The notes beneath the pieces are model-generated. The model saw only the letters and a program-made list of their open reading frames with translations. It was not told the DNA's origin and made no database searches. 64,000 bases of DNA, from positions 1-64,000 of IMG/VR virus record IMGVR_UViG_3300044653_000068; one strand, 5' to 3'. Below are positions 45,839 to 55,650 of the stretch, piece by piece; the first letter of the stretch is position 1; each line of letters starts with the position of its first letter. This DNA is from a virus. The translations under genes and the position numbers were made by a program.

Positions 45839-46429
45839 TTACCGGCCCGCGTTCGGGTTCCCGGCCGGGCGCGGCTGGGTACCGGAGTCCATGGCGTCGG
45901 GGTGGCCCGCGCCCCGGACGGAGCCGGAGCCGATGCCCGTGCTGACCGGGCGGTTGCCTTCCAGCGCCGGGAGGGTGGCGCCGCCGGCGTAGCCCTGGTC
46001 GTTGGCCTGGGTCCAGTCGCCGATGCCGTCGATGTGAGCGGCGGTGGTGACATCGCGGTTGACGCCGCCCATGATGCCGAACGGGTCGGTGTACGTCACG
46101 GTGTCCGGTCCGGCGTTCTGGTTGGACGCGCCCGGCGAGCCGTGCAGGCCCGTGTCGGTGATCTCGTCGCCGGTGACGTACGAGAGGCCGTCGTCGAGCT
46201 GGCCGGGCTGCACCGTCACGTCGGACGAGTGCCTCCCCGGGGGCGTGGAGCCGTGCGCGCCCGTCGAGTAGGACTGGGCGAAGCCGAAGATGTCGGGAGG
46301 GGTCTGCCCGTTCTGCTCAGTGGGGTCGAGGCCCGCACCGCCGTGACCCTGGCGTGCCGGGGCCGGAGACTGGCGCTGGGGGGTAGCGCCCTGGCGGCCG
46401 GGGTTCGTCCCGTCGTTGACAGTAGCCAT
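45839..46429 (-). CDS. Gly/Thr/Asp-rich low-complexity protein
   Basis: SD AAGGA; upstream TACACT -10-like element. Confidence 0.6.
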   Translation of the reverse strand: MATVNDGTNPGRQGATPQRQSPAPARQGHGGAGLDPTEQNGQTPPDIFGFAQSYSTGAHGSTPPGRHSSDVTVQPGQLDDGLSYVTGDEITDTGLHGSPGASNQNAGPDTVTYTDPFGIMGGVNRDVTTAAHIDGIGDWTQANDQGYAGGATLPALEGNRPVSTGIGSGSVRGAGHPDAMDSGTQPRPAGNPNAGR

Positions 46430-46495
46430 AGCGATGAAGTCCTTTCACAGTTCCTTCACGCCCAGTGTAAGGCTCTATCGCAGCTTGGGGTAGGG

Positions 46496-46963
46496 CTAGT
46501 CCTCTTCCCCCAGTCTGGCCCCATATCTACTCATCAAATCGGCCTTGGACATCTCCTCGGCGCGCTCGATGGTGATCGCCGGGCAGCCCTTGATCCCGCT
46601 CATCTTCACGGCGTAGTCGGCCCACGCGGACTTGGGGGCGTTGCCGTACGGGCGCTTGGGCTCAACGGGAGCCTCCGGCACTCCCGCGACCTCGGGAACG
46701 GGCTGGCCGTCCGGCTCGTGACCGGGGTCGTTCCAGTCCTGCCCCGTGGCGGTCTTGTATGTCTCCGCCAACCGCTCCGCCTCCTGCGCCTCCAGCTCGG
46801 CGCGGGTCGGGCCGACCTCCTGCGGGGGACCGACGTACTCGCCGAGCTTATTGTGGACCGCGAAATCCGCCGTCGCGTCGTCGAGCGTGAGTTCCGAGCC
46901 CTTGTCCGCGACGATGCGCGGCCGGTCCATCTTGACGGCGGTGGTGAACTTTACCCGGCGCAT
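46496..46963 (-). CDS. Capsid-adjacent protein with C-terminal helix-extension-helix-like motif
   Basis: PYGNAPKSAWADYA...AEEMSKADL. Confidence 0.65.
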   Translation of the reverse strand: MRRVKFTTAVKMDRPRIVADKGSELTLDDATADFAVHNKLGEYVGPPQEVGPTRAELEAQEAERLAETYKTATGQDWNDPGHEPDGQPVPEVAGVPEAPVEPKRPYGNAPKSAWADYAVKMSGIKGCPAITIERAEEMSKADLMSRYGARLGEED

Positions 46964-46983
46964 GCGCTGCTCCTCTTAAACGG

Positions 46984-47020
46984 CGAAATCCCCCACCAGC
47001 GTAGCTGATGAGGGATTTCG
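46984..47020 (-). terminator. Hairpin after major capsid gene
   Basis: CGAAATCCC...GGGATTTCG inverted repeat. Confidence 0.6.
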
Positions 47021-47046
47021 CACGGTCCCCGTGGACCGAGGCGAGC

Positions 47047-48423
47047 CTAGCTTGCGCCGCCCTTGAACACGGCCAGAGGCTGCGGAGCGTAGGAGGGCGG
47101 GTTCATCAGGTTGCCGTCCGCGCGGATGATGGCGCGGAAGCTAACCAGGTCCGTTGAGAAGGCGAAGTCGTCCGAGCGCTCGAAGCGCACCCCGCCGACC
47201 ATCCGGATGAAGTACTGCGAGAAGTCGCCGAAGACGATCGAGGTTGCACCCACGCCGATCGCCGGCATGAACGGGTCCGCGACCAGGGGCTTGCCCAGGA
47301 GCAGGTCCGGAGCGCCGAGGACGGTGGAGGGCTCCCAGATCGGGCGTCCCACGGTGTCCGTCAGCTTCCGGAGGGTGCCCAGCGTCTTGTCCGCCGCCAG
47401 CCAGTAGCAGGACCGGCTCTGGCGGTAGGGAGCGATGACGCTGTACTCCATGTCCACCAGGTTCGCGTAGGTCGGGCCGCCCTCGACGACCCCCGTGGTG
47501 TCCGGGGCCGCGCTCGTGCCGGAGGCCGAGGCCGGGCCGGTGATCGCGACGGGGGCCGCCAGGATGTTGCCCGAGATGCCGGACCCGCCGTTGACCAGCT
47601 CGTTGCCCAGGAAGTTGCCCAGGGCGCGGCCCGCCGACATGGCGAGGTAGCCGAGCAGGTTGACGCCGGAGTCGTCGATCAGCTCGCGGGAAACCTGGAT
47701 CATGATGCCGAACTTGTTCGCGGTCAGGGTCTTCTGCGCGAAGATCGGGTCGGCCGAGGGGAGCGTTCCGCCCTGCGCGGCCGAGACGGCGACCTGGGCG
47801 GCCGAGGTGAGGCCGGTGTGCTGGTTGACGATCGGGATCTGGATCGGCTCGCCGCCCACGGTGTTGAGCACGGTGGGACCAGTCTGCATCACGCCCGAGA
47901 CCTCGATCAGGTACGACAGGAGCTGGTCGTAGAAGTCGATCGGGACGATGCCGCCCGAGGTGTTCGGCACGTTGCCCACGTAGCCGTCCGTCAGGACACG
48001 GACTTCAGTGGGGCTCATGGGCCGGCCGGTGGAGAGCTTCTGCATGATCCGGGAGTTGAGGGCGGGGACCTCCAGCTGCTTGCGCTGGCCCGTCTTGACG
48101 TCGAACTGGCCGCCGGTCACGAACGACCGGGCCTCGGCCGCGAAGCCCTCAAGGCCGCTGCCCTGGGTCATCGCCGGGTTCGCCGGGCGGGCGTTCATCG
48201 CGTCGAACGACGCCATGGTCTCGGCCATGCGCTTCTCGGTGGCGAGAACGTCCTTGAGCCGGCCGTCGTTGGCGTCGAGTTCGGCGTGCAGGTCGGCGAG
48301 CTTCCGCTGCTCGTCCTCGTTGAAGTTCCGGCGCTCGTCAGAGGCGTGCAGGGTGATCTGCTCGATCTCGTGCCAGGTGCGCTGCACCTGCTCGTGGAGC
48401 TGGGTAGCAACCGTGGATGCCAC
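47047..48423 (-). CDS. HK97-fold major capsid protein with N-terminal delta domain
   Basis: GGIVP...VSRELIDDS...LLGKP...FGDFS.Y...FSTDLVSFRAIIRADG. Confidence 0.95.
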   Translation of the reverse strand: MASTVATQLHEQVQRTWHEIEQITLHASDERRNFNEDEQRKLADLHAELDANDGRLKDVLATEKRMAETMASFDAMNARPANPAMTQGSGLEGFAAEARSFVTGGQFDVKTGQRKQLEVPALNSRIMQKLSTGRPMSPTEVRVLTDGYVGNVPNTSGGIVPIDFYDQLLSYLIEVSGVMQTGPTVLNTVGGEPIQIPIVNQHTGLTSAAQVAVSAAQGGTLPSADPIFAQKTLTANKFGIMIQVSRELIDDSGVNLLGYLAMSAGRALGNFLGNELVNGGSGISGNILAAPVAITGPASASGTSAAPDTTGVVEGGPTYANLVDMEYSVIAPYRQSRSCYWLAADKTLGTLRKLTDTVGRPIWEPSTVLGAPDLLLGKPLVADPFMPAIGVGATSIVFGDFSQYFIRMVGGVRFERSDDFAFSTDLVSFRAIIRADGNLMNPPSYAPQPLAVFKGGAS

Positions 48424-48497
48424 TGTTTTTCCTCTCGTGTGAAGAGAATCAACACTGGCTCCGGCGCGGTGCGCACGGCCTCAGACGTTCAACATCA

Positions 48498-48526
48498 AGA
48501 CTAAGGGCGGCTGTGAAGTCGTGCAA
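48498..48526 (-). promoter_or_regulatory. Promoter for major capsid gene
   Basis: TTGCAC-17 nt (contains ACTTCACAG)-TAGTCT. Confidence 0.7.
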
Positions 48527-48542
48527 CACGTCGTGAGAAGAA

Positions 48543-48644
48543 ATCCCCCGGCGGGACTCGAACCCGCACGCCATCTCAGCCCGTATCTCGGCTTGTCGTC
48601 CCGAAGGACTCCTCTAGGGTCTTGCCTTTTGCCTCGACGGGGGA
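48543..48644 (-). ncRNA. tRNA-like element with non-canonical core
   Basis: 7-bp acceptor-like stem UCCCCCG/CGGGGGA and perfect T-arm GCGGG-UUCGAGU-CCCGC; no clear anticodon arm. Confidence 0.5.
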
Positions 48645-48650
48645 AGTTCT

Positions 48651-50048
48651 CTACTCAGGGAGCGCGGTCAGCGTCTTCTTGCGCTCGAACATCTTGCGCA
48701 TGGCCTCGACCGGGGAAAGCCCTTCAGGCGCGGCCGGGGTCTCGGGCTCGCCGTCGCGCTTCTCCGGCTCGGGCTCGGCGTCCTCGCCAGCGCGGGAGGC
48801 GACGGTGACCGGGGTGTGCCTGCCCTCGTGGCCCGTGTGCTGATTGCACGGCAGCCCGTCGTGGCGGCCCCAGCAAAGGCCGGCGTGCCCGCCCTCGGCG
48901 GCATTGTCGCCGTCAGCGGGGTGGCCCATCGGCCGAACGCAGGGCTCGCCGTGATGGAACCGCATGCAAAGCTGGTCGGTGGTCCGGGGCTTGACCGCCG
49001 CGCGGATCTCGTCCTCGTCGCGGATCTGGCGCTCGTCCTCGGGGACCATGGAGTCGCCCATGACGGGCTCCGGCTCGGCGTAGCTGTCGTCGCGCAGGGA
49101 GTCGGCCGGGTCGTCGAGCACGCGGCTCTCCTCCTTGGGGGCGGCGTCCGGCTTTGGGATCACCGGTAGCGCGCGGTCGAGGCGGTGGAAGAACCGGCGG
49201 GCCTGGCCGGCCTCCAGGATGCTGCGGACCTCGGTCGGGTCGCCGCCGACGAAATGGGCCAGGGACGCGACGGCGCCGCTGATGTTGCGGGCCATAGCCA
49301 CCGTGTCGTGGTAGGCGGGGTCCATGACCGGCGCGGTGTCCACCAGCGCGGTGTTGCGGAGCTGCCGGAGCGGGGTGCCGTACTCGGACTCGCCCCAGGT
49401 GTCGTCCACGCCGGGCTCGGCGATGCGGAAGGCGAAGCTGGAGTAGCGGACGTCGCCGCGCTCGACCAGCTCCAGGACGTCCTCGCGGTGCCGGGGCGGG
49501 AGCACGTCGTAGGCGAGGCCCTGGTCGTCAACGCGGAGCTTCAGCGTCCCGGCCATCGTGGTGCCGAGCACCATGTCGTCCTTGTGGTTGTACCGGCAGA
49601 CCACGTTAATGTGGTCCTCGCCCTTCTCGATCGCGCGCAGCGCGTTGTCAAAGGCCCCGGGCATCACCTGCTCGTGGAAGCCGCCGAGGCGCCGCGAGGT
49701 CTTGCCGAACACCGCCGCGTAGCCGAGGATGTGCTGCGGCTCGCCCTCGGCGGCCGACCGGACCTCGGGGCGGTCCGCGATGAACCGCACTTCCGGGAAC
49801 AGCGCCTCCAGCGAGCGGCCCGTGTCCGAGTCCCCGCCTCCGACGCCGAACTTCTTGGCTGCCGCCATTACCTTGCCCTTCGCCTTGGACCACATCGGGG
49901 AGCGCGGGCCGAGCCGCAGGGCCGCGATAGCGTGCGCCTTATCGTGGATAGGGAAGTGCCGCTCCCCCTTCTCGTCGATGTAGGCGAACGCGGAGTCGGG
50001 CAGGGCCTTCCGTGCCGCGCTCGACAGGAGCGCCCGGTCCTCGGCCAT
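48651..50048 (-). CDS. HK97-type prohead protease with N-terminal DUF6582-like domain
   Basis: GYAAVF...FHEQVMPGAF...YNH...LG...GDV...SSFAF...PAY; N-terminal RKALPDSAFA...FPIHDKAH. Confidence 0.9.
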   Translation of the reverse strand: MAEDRALLSSAARKALPDSAFAYIDEKGERHFPIHDKAHAIAALRLGPRSPMWSKAKGKVMAAAKKFGVGGGDSDTGRSLEALFPEVRFIADRPEVRSAAEGEPQHILGYAAVFGKTSRRLGGFHEQVMPGAFDNALRAIEKGEDHINVVCRYNHKDDMVLGTTMAGTLKLRVDDQGLAYDVLPPRHREDVLELVERGDVRYSSFAFRIAEPGVDDTWGESEYGTPLRQLRNTALVDTAPVMDPAYHDTVAMARNISGAVASLAHFVGGDPTEVRSILEAGQARRFFHRLDRALPVIPKPDAAPKEESRVLDDPADSLRDDSYAEPEPVMGDSMVPEDERQIRDEDEIRAAVKPRTTDQLCMRFHHGEPCVRPMGHPADGDNAAEGGHAGLCWGRHDGLPCNQHTGHEGRHTPVTVASRAGEDAEPEPEKRDGEPETPAAPEGLSPVEAMRKMFERKKTLTALPE

Positions 50049-50086
50049 CGCGTTACGTCCTTTCACGGACAAGAGTGTTCACGTCC

Positions 50087-50115
50087 AGAGTAAGGACGTC
50101 TGTGAAGTGGTGCAA
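50087..50115 (-). promoter_or_regulatory. Promoter for prohead protease gene
   Basis: TTGCAC-17 nt (contains ACTTCACAG)-TACTCT. Confidence 0.7.
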
Positions 50116-50320
50116 CACACTCAGGTATCGGAGACGACGAACATTCCGGCGCCCTGGGCGTACAGGAACAGGTCGCCCTCGGCCCTTTCGACGCGAAAGC
50201 GGTCGCCGAGCTTGAGCAGGCCGGCCTGGGAGGCCGTGTGCACCGCGCGCTCGTAGGGCACGCCCTCGTTGATGAGGCGCGACTGGATGGTGTCACCCTG
50301 GATTACGCCGGGCCACTGCA

Positions 50321-52120
50321 TTACAGGTTCCCCCTCTTCTTTCCGTTGGTGCTCATGACCATCTCCCGCACGTCCGCGCGCCCGGGGATGAAAGGCGCGA
50401 ACATGTGACTCGCGGGCACGGGGCCGTCGTTGAGATCAGGGTCCTCACGGCGGATGCGGTCCTCGCACTCGCAGATGGACACCAGGATCTCCTGCGCGCC
50501 GACGCGCGCCTCGTAGGGCATGCTCGCGTCGCGCTGCACGGAGATCAGCGACGCCAGGAAGCTGGCCGGGTCCATGGCGAGGGGCAGCGGCGCGTTCGGT
50601 CGGCCGATCGGGGTGCCGGTGACGCCGTTGACGGTGATCGGGTAGGGCGACGGGGCCGCGTTCGCGCCGCCGGAAGCTCCCCCGCTGGAAGTCCCCGCGC
50701 TCGTCCCAGCGCCGCCCGAACTACCAGCACCGCCGCCAGGTACTCCAGCTCCCGGTGAAGGAGCCGCCCCCTGGACGGGGTACCCCTGCTTGACGAGCTG
50801 GGGGATGATGTACTTTTCCAGCTTGATGAGCCTGTCGGTAGCAACGTCCATCTCCAGGACAACGGCCTTCATGAACGACTTGGGGATAACGCCGGCCCGG
50901 GTGCCGAGGGCGTTCATGGTGGTGAGCGGCAGGTACTCGTTGCCGATGTCACCGGGGATAGGCGGCAGGTCTTCAAGATCGCGTAGCTCGTTGATAGAGC
51001 GCAGGCCCATGTTCCGCATGATCAGGTACATGTTGATGCGGGCTTCGAGGTCGGTCTTCAGCAGCGCGTCGGTGTAGAACTTGCACATCCGGTTGCGCGG
51101 CAGCAGGAGGCCGGAGAAGCGCTGCTCGGCGTTGACCAGCCACGGGCGGCACGCCTCGATGAGCTGGAGGGTGGACTGCTCCGTGGTGTTGTAGGTCAGG
51201 CTGTCCCCGCGCGTGCCGCCGATGCGGTCCGGGGGCACGTTCAGGATCACCGCGACGTGCGTGGCGTTCATCTGCATGGCCTCTAGGAACTGGGCCTCGG
51301 ACGGCGGGACCGTGACCGGCTTGTAGTCCCAGTCGCGGCCGTAGACCAGCGGCTCCCTGCGCCGGAGGCTCTTGACGAGTTCCGCCCGCATGGCGGCGGC
51401 CTGGTCCTTGTCCACCTCGATCTCGGCGTTCTGGAAGGTGCCGGGCGGGAAGCCGCCGGCCGCGTACCAGTCAGTGCCGAAGCGCTGCGCCTCGGTGCCG
51501 GCCAGGAAAGTCAGCGCGAACTGGCGCAACGGCGAGATGCCCTCGATCCGGCCGGGCATAGGCAGGCCCGCGATGTGGAACACCTCGGCGTCGGGCCCGT
51601 GCCACCGGACCTCCCGGCCGAACGCGAAGACCCGGGCGCGCAGCGGGTTCCAGGAGTGCTCGTCCTCCTGCTCGTGCACGTACACGTCGTTCGGGGGAAT
51701 CCACTCGATGCCGGTCGGGAAGCCGTAGTTGTCCCGGCCCGTGACCCAGCCCCAGGCGTTCCCCTGGAGCAGCAGCGCGACCATCATCGAGTTGACCCAC
51801 GAATAGGTGGTGCCGATGACGCTGGGCTGGTCGAAAATGGACGGCCCGACCCACATGCGCTTGCCGGGGTAGCCGTCCCGGCCGAGCTGGGACAGGTAGA
51901 CGCGCAGCGGCATGGAGGCGATGTTGTCCGCCAGCAGCTTGACGCCGCCGTAGAGCGCGGGGAGGGCGAGGGCCGCGTCCGCGCCCATGAACTGGCGCGA
52001 GGGGTGCGTCGGGCCGCCTGTGTCGAACCTCCACAGAGGCGAGTCCCACGGCCGCCAGGGCACGCCGCCGATGACGCGCTGCTCGACGGCAGCGGACATG
52101 ATGCGGTCGCGCAGTGACAT
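50321..52120 (-). CDS. HK97-family portal protein with long C-terminal extension
   Basis: LLADNIASMPL...LLQGNAW...GISPL...AQFLE...VPP..IG...NELR.LEDLPP. Confidence 0.93.
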   Translation of the reverse strand: MSLRDRIMSAAVEQRVIGGVPWRPWDSPLWRFDTGGPTHPSRQFMGADAALALPALYGGVKLLADNIASMPLRVYLSQLGRDGYPGKRMWVGPSIFDQPSVIGTTYSWVNSMMVALLLQGNAWGWVTGRDNYGFPTGIEWIPPNDVYVHEQEDEHSWNPLRARVFAFGREVRWHGPDAEVFHIAGLPMPGRIEGISPLRQFALTFLAGTEAQRFGTDWYAAGGFPPGTFQNAEIEVDKDQAAAMRAELVKSLRRREPLVYGRDWDYKPVTVPPSEAQFLEAMQMNATHVAVILNVPPDRIGGTRGDSLTYNTTEQSTLQLIEACRPWLVNAEQRFSGLLLPRNRMCKFYTDALLKTDLEARINMYLIMRNMGLRSINELRDLEDLPPIPGDIGNEYLPLTTMNALGTRAGVIPKSFMKAVVLEMDVATDRLIKLEKYIIPQLVKQGYPVQGAAPSPGAGVPGGGAGSSGGAGTSAGTSSGGASGGANAAPSPYPITVNGVTGTPIGRPNAPLPLAMDPASFLASLISVQRDASMPYEARVGAQEILVSICECEDRIRREDPDLNDGPVPASHMFAPFIPGRADVREMVMSTNGKKRGNL

Positions 52121-52184
52121 CGCCGCTCCCTTAGCCGTGAAGACGCTTCACGCTAAGAGTAGGGCAGGAACGTTGGAGGCGCTA

Positions 52185-52559
52185 TCAGCCCGGTTCGCTG
52201 TAAGCCTGCACGTTGGGGCCGAAGGGCACGCCGAACGGCGTCGTGTGATCGGCGATCCGGTCGTCGTTGATAGAGCGCAGGCCCAAGGCGCGAGCGTCAG
52301 GGGCGGGACCGGGCGCGGCGACGGGCTTGAGCGTCATCGTCCCCATGCGGTAGCCGTGGCGGATCGCGAGGCCGTAGGCGGCGAGGCCCCTGGCGGCGAA
52401 CACCGCGCAGAACACCAGGAGCCACCAGGAGCGGCCGACGACCCACCCGATCCCGACGAGAATGCCAAGGATCACGGTGTCGATGACGTGCAGCGGGTGC
52501 GTGCGGTCCGCGACCTCGGCCGCCTCAAACCGCAGGTTCGCCAGAGTTTGATCGCTCAT
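52185..52559 (-). CDS. Membrane protein
   Basis: Two hydrophobic segments; located just before the portal gene. Confidence 0.6.
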   Translation of the reverse strand: MSDQTLANLRFEAAEVADRTHPLHVIDTVILGILVGIGWVVGRSWWLLVFCAVFAARGLAAYGLAIRHGYRMGTMTLKPVAAPGPAPDARALGLRSINDDRIADHTTPFGVPFGPNVQAYSEPG

Positions 52560-52631
52560 GCCAGCTATCGTAACCCACGTCCTGCGGGCTCTCGGGTGAA
52601 CTGGCGTCACGAGCGCAGGGCGGCCACCGGG

Positions 52632-53339
52632 CTAGGCCGCACCAGATCCAGCGGCAGGCGTCGCACCGATAAGGCCCTGCACACCGTAGTAGCTGAGCTG
52701 GTCGTGGCTTACGTCCAGCTTGCGGTCGATGAACGTCCCGTTCTTGAGCACCGGGTCGAGATCCGCCCAGTTGAGCCCCCTGGCGTACAGCATCTCGTGC
52801 AGCTCGGGGAGCTTCTTGCCTTCCAGCTGCTTGTGCGAGTAGTGCCACTGAGCGCACATTTGCACGGAGTTACGGTACCAGTCCTTCTGACGCCACACGA
52901 AGACGTTGGGCGCGTCGGCCTCGGGCACGCTGAACGCGCGGGCGTCGAACATGGCCGGGGGCATCGCGGCGGGGAGCTTCCAGGCGGCCTCGCGGGCGAA
53001 GTAGGCGGTGAACGCGCTGGCCGAGACCGAGATCAGCTTGCTCAGCTCGTTGCCGAACCACGGCTGCGTCTCCGGGCTGTCAGCGTCGTCGAGCATGAAC
53101 GTGGCCTCGTCGCTCTGCGCGTAGGCGAGCTTGAAGCCCTGCATCTCCCTGGCCGTGTCGATGGCGGCGTTGGTCATGGCATTGATGAACGCGATGTCGA
53201 ACGGCTTGTCCAGGCCCCGGGTCCAGGTGTGGAACGCCTTGCCGTCAACCCGGATGAACACCGGGCAGTTCGGGGTCAGGGTGTGGGCGGAGACGGCCTC
53301 GTACCGCTTGATCCGGTCCCCGAGTGAGTCGCCCATCAT
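52632..53339 (-). CDS. tRNA(His) guanylyltransferase Thg1-like protein (3'-5' polymerase)
   Basis: IRVDGKAFHTWT...AYAQSDE...FDARAF...WRQKD..RNSV. Confidence 0.92.
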   Translation of the reverse strand: MMGDSLGDRIKRYEAVSAHTLTPNCPVFIRVDGKAFHTWTRGLDKPFDIAFINAMTNAAIDTAREMQGFKLAYAQSDEATFMLDDADSPETQPWFGNELSKLISVSASAFTAYFAREAAWKLPAAMPPAMFDARAFSVPEADAPNVFVWRQKDWYRNSVQMCAQWHYSHKQLEGKKLPELHEMLYARGLNWADLDPVLKNGTFIDRKLDVSHDQLSYYGVQGLIGATPAAGSGAA

Positions 53340-53936
53340 GTTCCCCTCGCCTGGTACGCGGCTGCCAGGCGCTCGTAGTCCTCCTGCTTAACCTCGCCGT
53401 CCGGCAGCGGCCCGTGCTCTGCCACCGCCCACTGCACGAACTCCGGGAACCTAACGGCTACATCACGCCAGGTCATCAGCTGCTCCCGTAAATGGGCCGG
53501 ACGCTGGTGTCCCTGACCGCGATGGCGGCGATCTCAGCGCTCTTAACGTGCTCCCCGAGCTGGACAAGCGCGCGTCCAGCGCCTGATTCGCGCGCTCCTC
53601 GGCAACCGTGGCGGCCTCGGCGGCGCTGAGCGGGCCGTCGATGACGAACCGGAGCGTGACCTCGGCCTCGTAGTGATTGATTTTCGGCATGCGGGCCCCT
53701 CAGTGGAAACTGGCGAATCTGATGTCCCGCTCCGCGCGCAGCAGGTCGATGGCGGCCTCCCGGCGGCTCATCCCCCACCCGCACAGAGGACGGCCGTAGA
53801 GCAGCGAGGGCAGCCCGGTGAAACGGGCCCGGATGATGTCGTGCTCCAGGCCTATCTCCTCGAACTCCACCTCGGAGTCGCCGTACTTGAGCTTGTCCAT
53901 GCCCGCTGCAACACCGGGTCAGGCGGGCGTATTCCC

Positions 53937-55619
53937 CTACGCGATGGTGTTCGTAAGATCATAAGATCTGCGCACCTTGTTCAGGACGTACGCCGCGTTC
54001 GTGGCCGAGGTGATCGGCGTGATGTCCGCCTCGGCGTCGCGCCTGCACCAGGCCTTGCCGCCGTCCCCGGCCACACGGGTGGTGGCGCGAGCCACGGCCT
54101 TCCAGAGCGTGGGGGACAGCTCCTCCCCGAAGTGCCACAGCCTCTGGTCCTTGACCTGCTGCATGAGGAACGCGAACGCGGCCGCCTCCTCGCCGGGGCC
54201 CACCGGGTACACGCGGTCGCCCCACTGGCGGATGGCGTCGTCGAGCAGCGCCGCGCCCGGCCCCGACTTGGGGATCGCGATCGACTTGGGGTTCCACTTC
54301 CTGCACTTGACGATCAGCCACGGGATCACCCAGGCGACGCCCTGGCGCGAGCCGTCGCGGGGCATCTCGACGACGATCTTCTTCTGCTTGTGCTCCCAGG
54401 CGCACATCACCGTGGCGGACTTGCCGTCCTCGTCCACGTCGATCCCCACGACCATGGGGGGCGTCGGCATGCCGGGGTCCTCGTTGGTCAGCATCTTCCA
54501 GGCGGGCTTGCTGATTACCTCCCAGGGCTCGTCCTCAAGCGGCCAGTTGCCGATGGCGAGGCGCTCGATGTCGAACTTCCTGGGCGGCATCGTGTCCAGC
54601 TCGGACCGGGTGAACCCGGGGCTGATGCGGTAGCCCATGCCGGGGTTGGCCCTCGCCCAGGAGCGCGGGTCGTCGCGGTCGTCGTGCAGGTCGCACACGA
54701 TGTAGTAGTTGTCCTCGCGCCCGTGCGCCTCGTCCCTCGGGCAGCTCTCGTCGTGCGGGTTCACGGACCATTCCGCGCCGAACACGCCGGGGGCCTTCTT
54801 CTTCATGTTCTGGCGCATCTTGGCGAGCTGGGCGGACACCGTGCCGTCCTCCAGTCCGGCCGAGGCGGCGTAGATGATCTGCGGGTTGGGCCGGGCGGAC
54901 ATGGTGGGCATCGACGCCCCTACCTGCTCGTCGGACAGGATCATGGCCTCGTCGTAGACCAGGCAGTCGCAGGAGAACCCGCGCGAGGTGGCCGCGCCCG
55001 AGCGCGCGTGGAACTCCAGCTTGGAGGCCCGCCGCCGGAGCATCTGCCGGCCGCCCGCGCCGAAGATCAGCGTCGGGCGCGGCTTGAGGATGATCGCCTC
55101 CTTGCCGTTGCCGGTCCGGATGTTGGAGACGCGCCGGGCCAGGGCCGGGTACTCCAGCAGGACCATCTGGAGCCGCTCAAGGTGGTTGAGGCTCGTCTTG
55201 AGCTGATGGCTTGTGTGGATGATCAGCTCCTCCTGGAGCACGAACAGGCCGAACAGCTCGCGAACCTCCAGGCAGGTGCCCTTCCCGTTCTGGCGGGACA
55301 CGATCAGCACCGTGTTGAGGGCGGACCACATGCCGTCCGGCTGGCGGCCCATCATGTGCCGCAGAACCCAACGCTCCCAGGGGTCCAGCTCGTAGCCGAA
55401 GCCCTCGGCCCACTCCAGGGCCTCCTGCGCGACGTGATCGCCGCAGCCGTGGGAGTGCCTCTCCTCCTCGGCCTCCAGCGCGCACATCAGGCAGCCCGGC
55501 TGCTGCGCCTCGTGACGCGGCGGGATGGAGTAGAGGCGCGGCATCTGGTCGCCCATGAGCGGCCCCTCCATGAAGGTGCCGTCAGGGAGCTGGACGCGCT
55601 CGGTAAGTCGGTTGGCCAC
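53937..55619 (-). CDS. terL: Terminase large subunit
   Basis: Walker A SRQNGKG, Walker B LVYDEA, WARANPGMG, GIDV, DITP. Confidence 0.93.
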   Translation of the reverse strand: MANRLTERVQLPDGTFMEGPLMGDQMPRLYSIPPRHEAQQPGCLMCALEAEEERHSHGCGDHVAQEALEWAEGFGYELDPWERWVLRHMMGRQPDGMWSALNTVLIVSRQNGKGTCLEVRELFGLFVLQEELIIHTSHQLKTSLNHLERLQMVLLEYPALARRVSNIRTGNGKEAIILKPRPTLIFGAGGRQMLRRRASKLEFHARSGAATSRGFSCDCLVYDEAMILSDEQVGASMPTMSARPNPQIIYAASAGLEDGTVSAQLAKMRQNMKKKAPGVFGAEWSVNPHDESCPRDEAHGREDNYYIVCDLHDDRDDPRSWARANPGMGYRISPGFTRSELDTMPPRKFDIERLAIGNWPLEDEPWEVISKPAWKMLTNEDPGMPTPPMVVGIDVDEDGKSATVMCAWEHKQKKIVVEMPRDGSRQGVAWVIPWLIVKCRKWNPKSIAIPKSGPGAALLDDAIRQWGDRVYPVGPGEEAAAFAFLMQQVKDQRLWHFGEELSPTLWKAVARATTRVAGDGGKAWCRRDAEADITPITSATNAAYVLNKVRRSYDLTNTIA

Positions 55620-55650
55620 ACCCCGACTCTATAACCGGAGTGTGAACTCG

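Noticed and set aside
48605-48625. Amber suppressor (CUA) or Leu(UAG) anticodon in the tRNA-like element
   Set aside because: No 5-bp stem with a 7-nt loop can be formed around CUAG, and TAG is used normally as a stop in many genes.
53463-53690. Programmed frameshift in a small gene (protein-like frame switches near GACGCGCGCTT)
   Set aside because: Most simply a 1-nt indel in a CG dinucleotide run; cannot be separated from sequencing error without reads.
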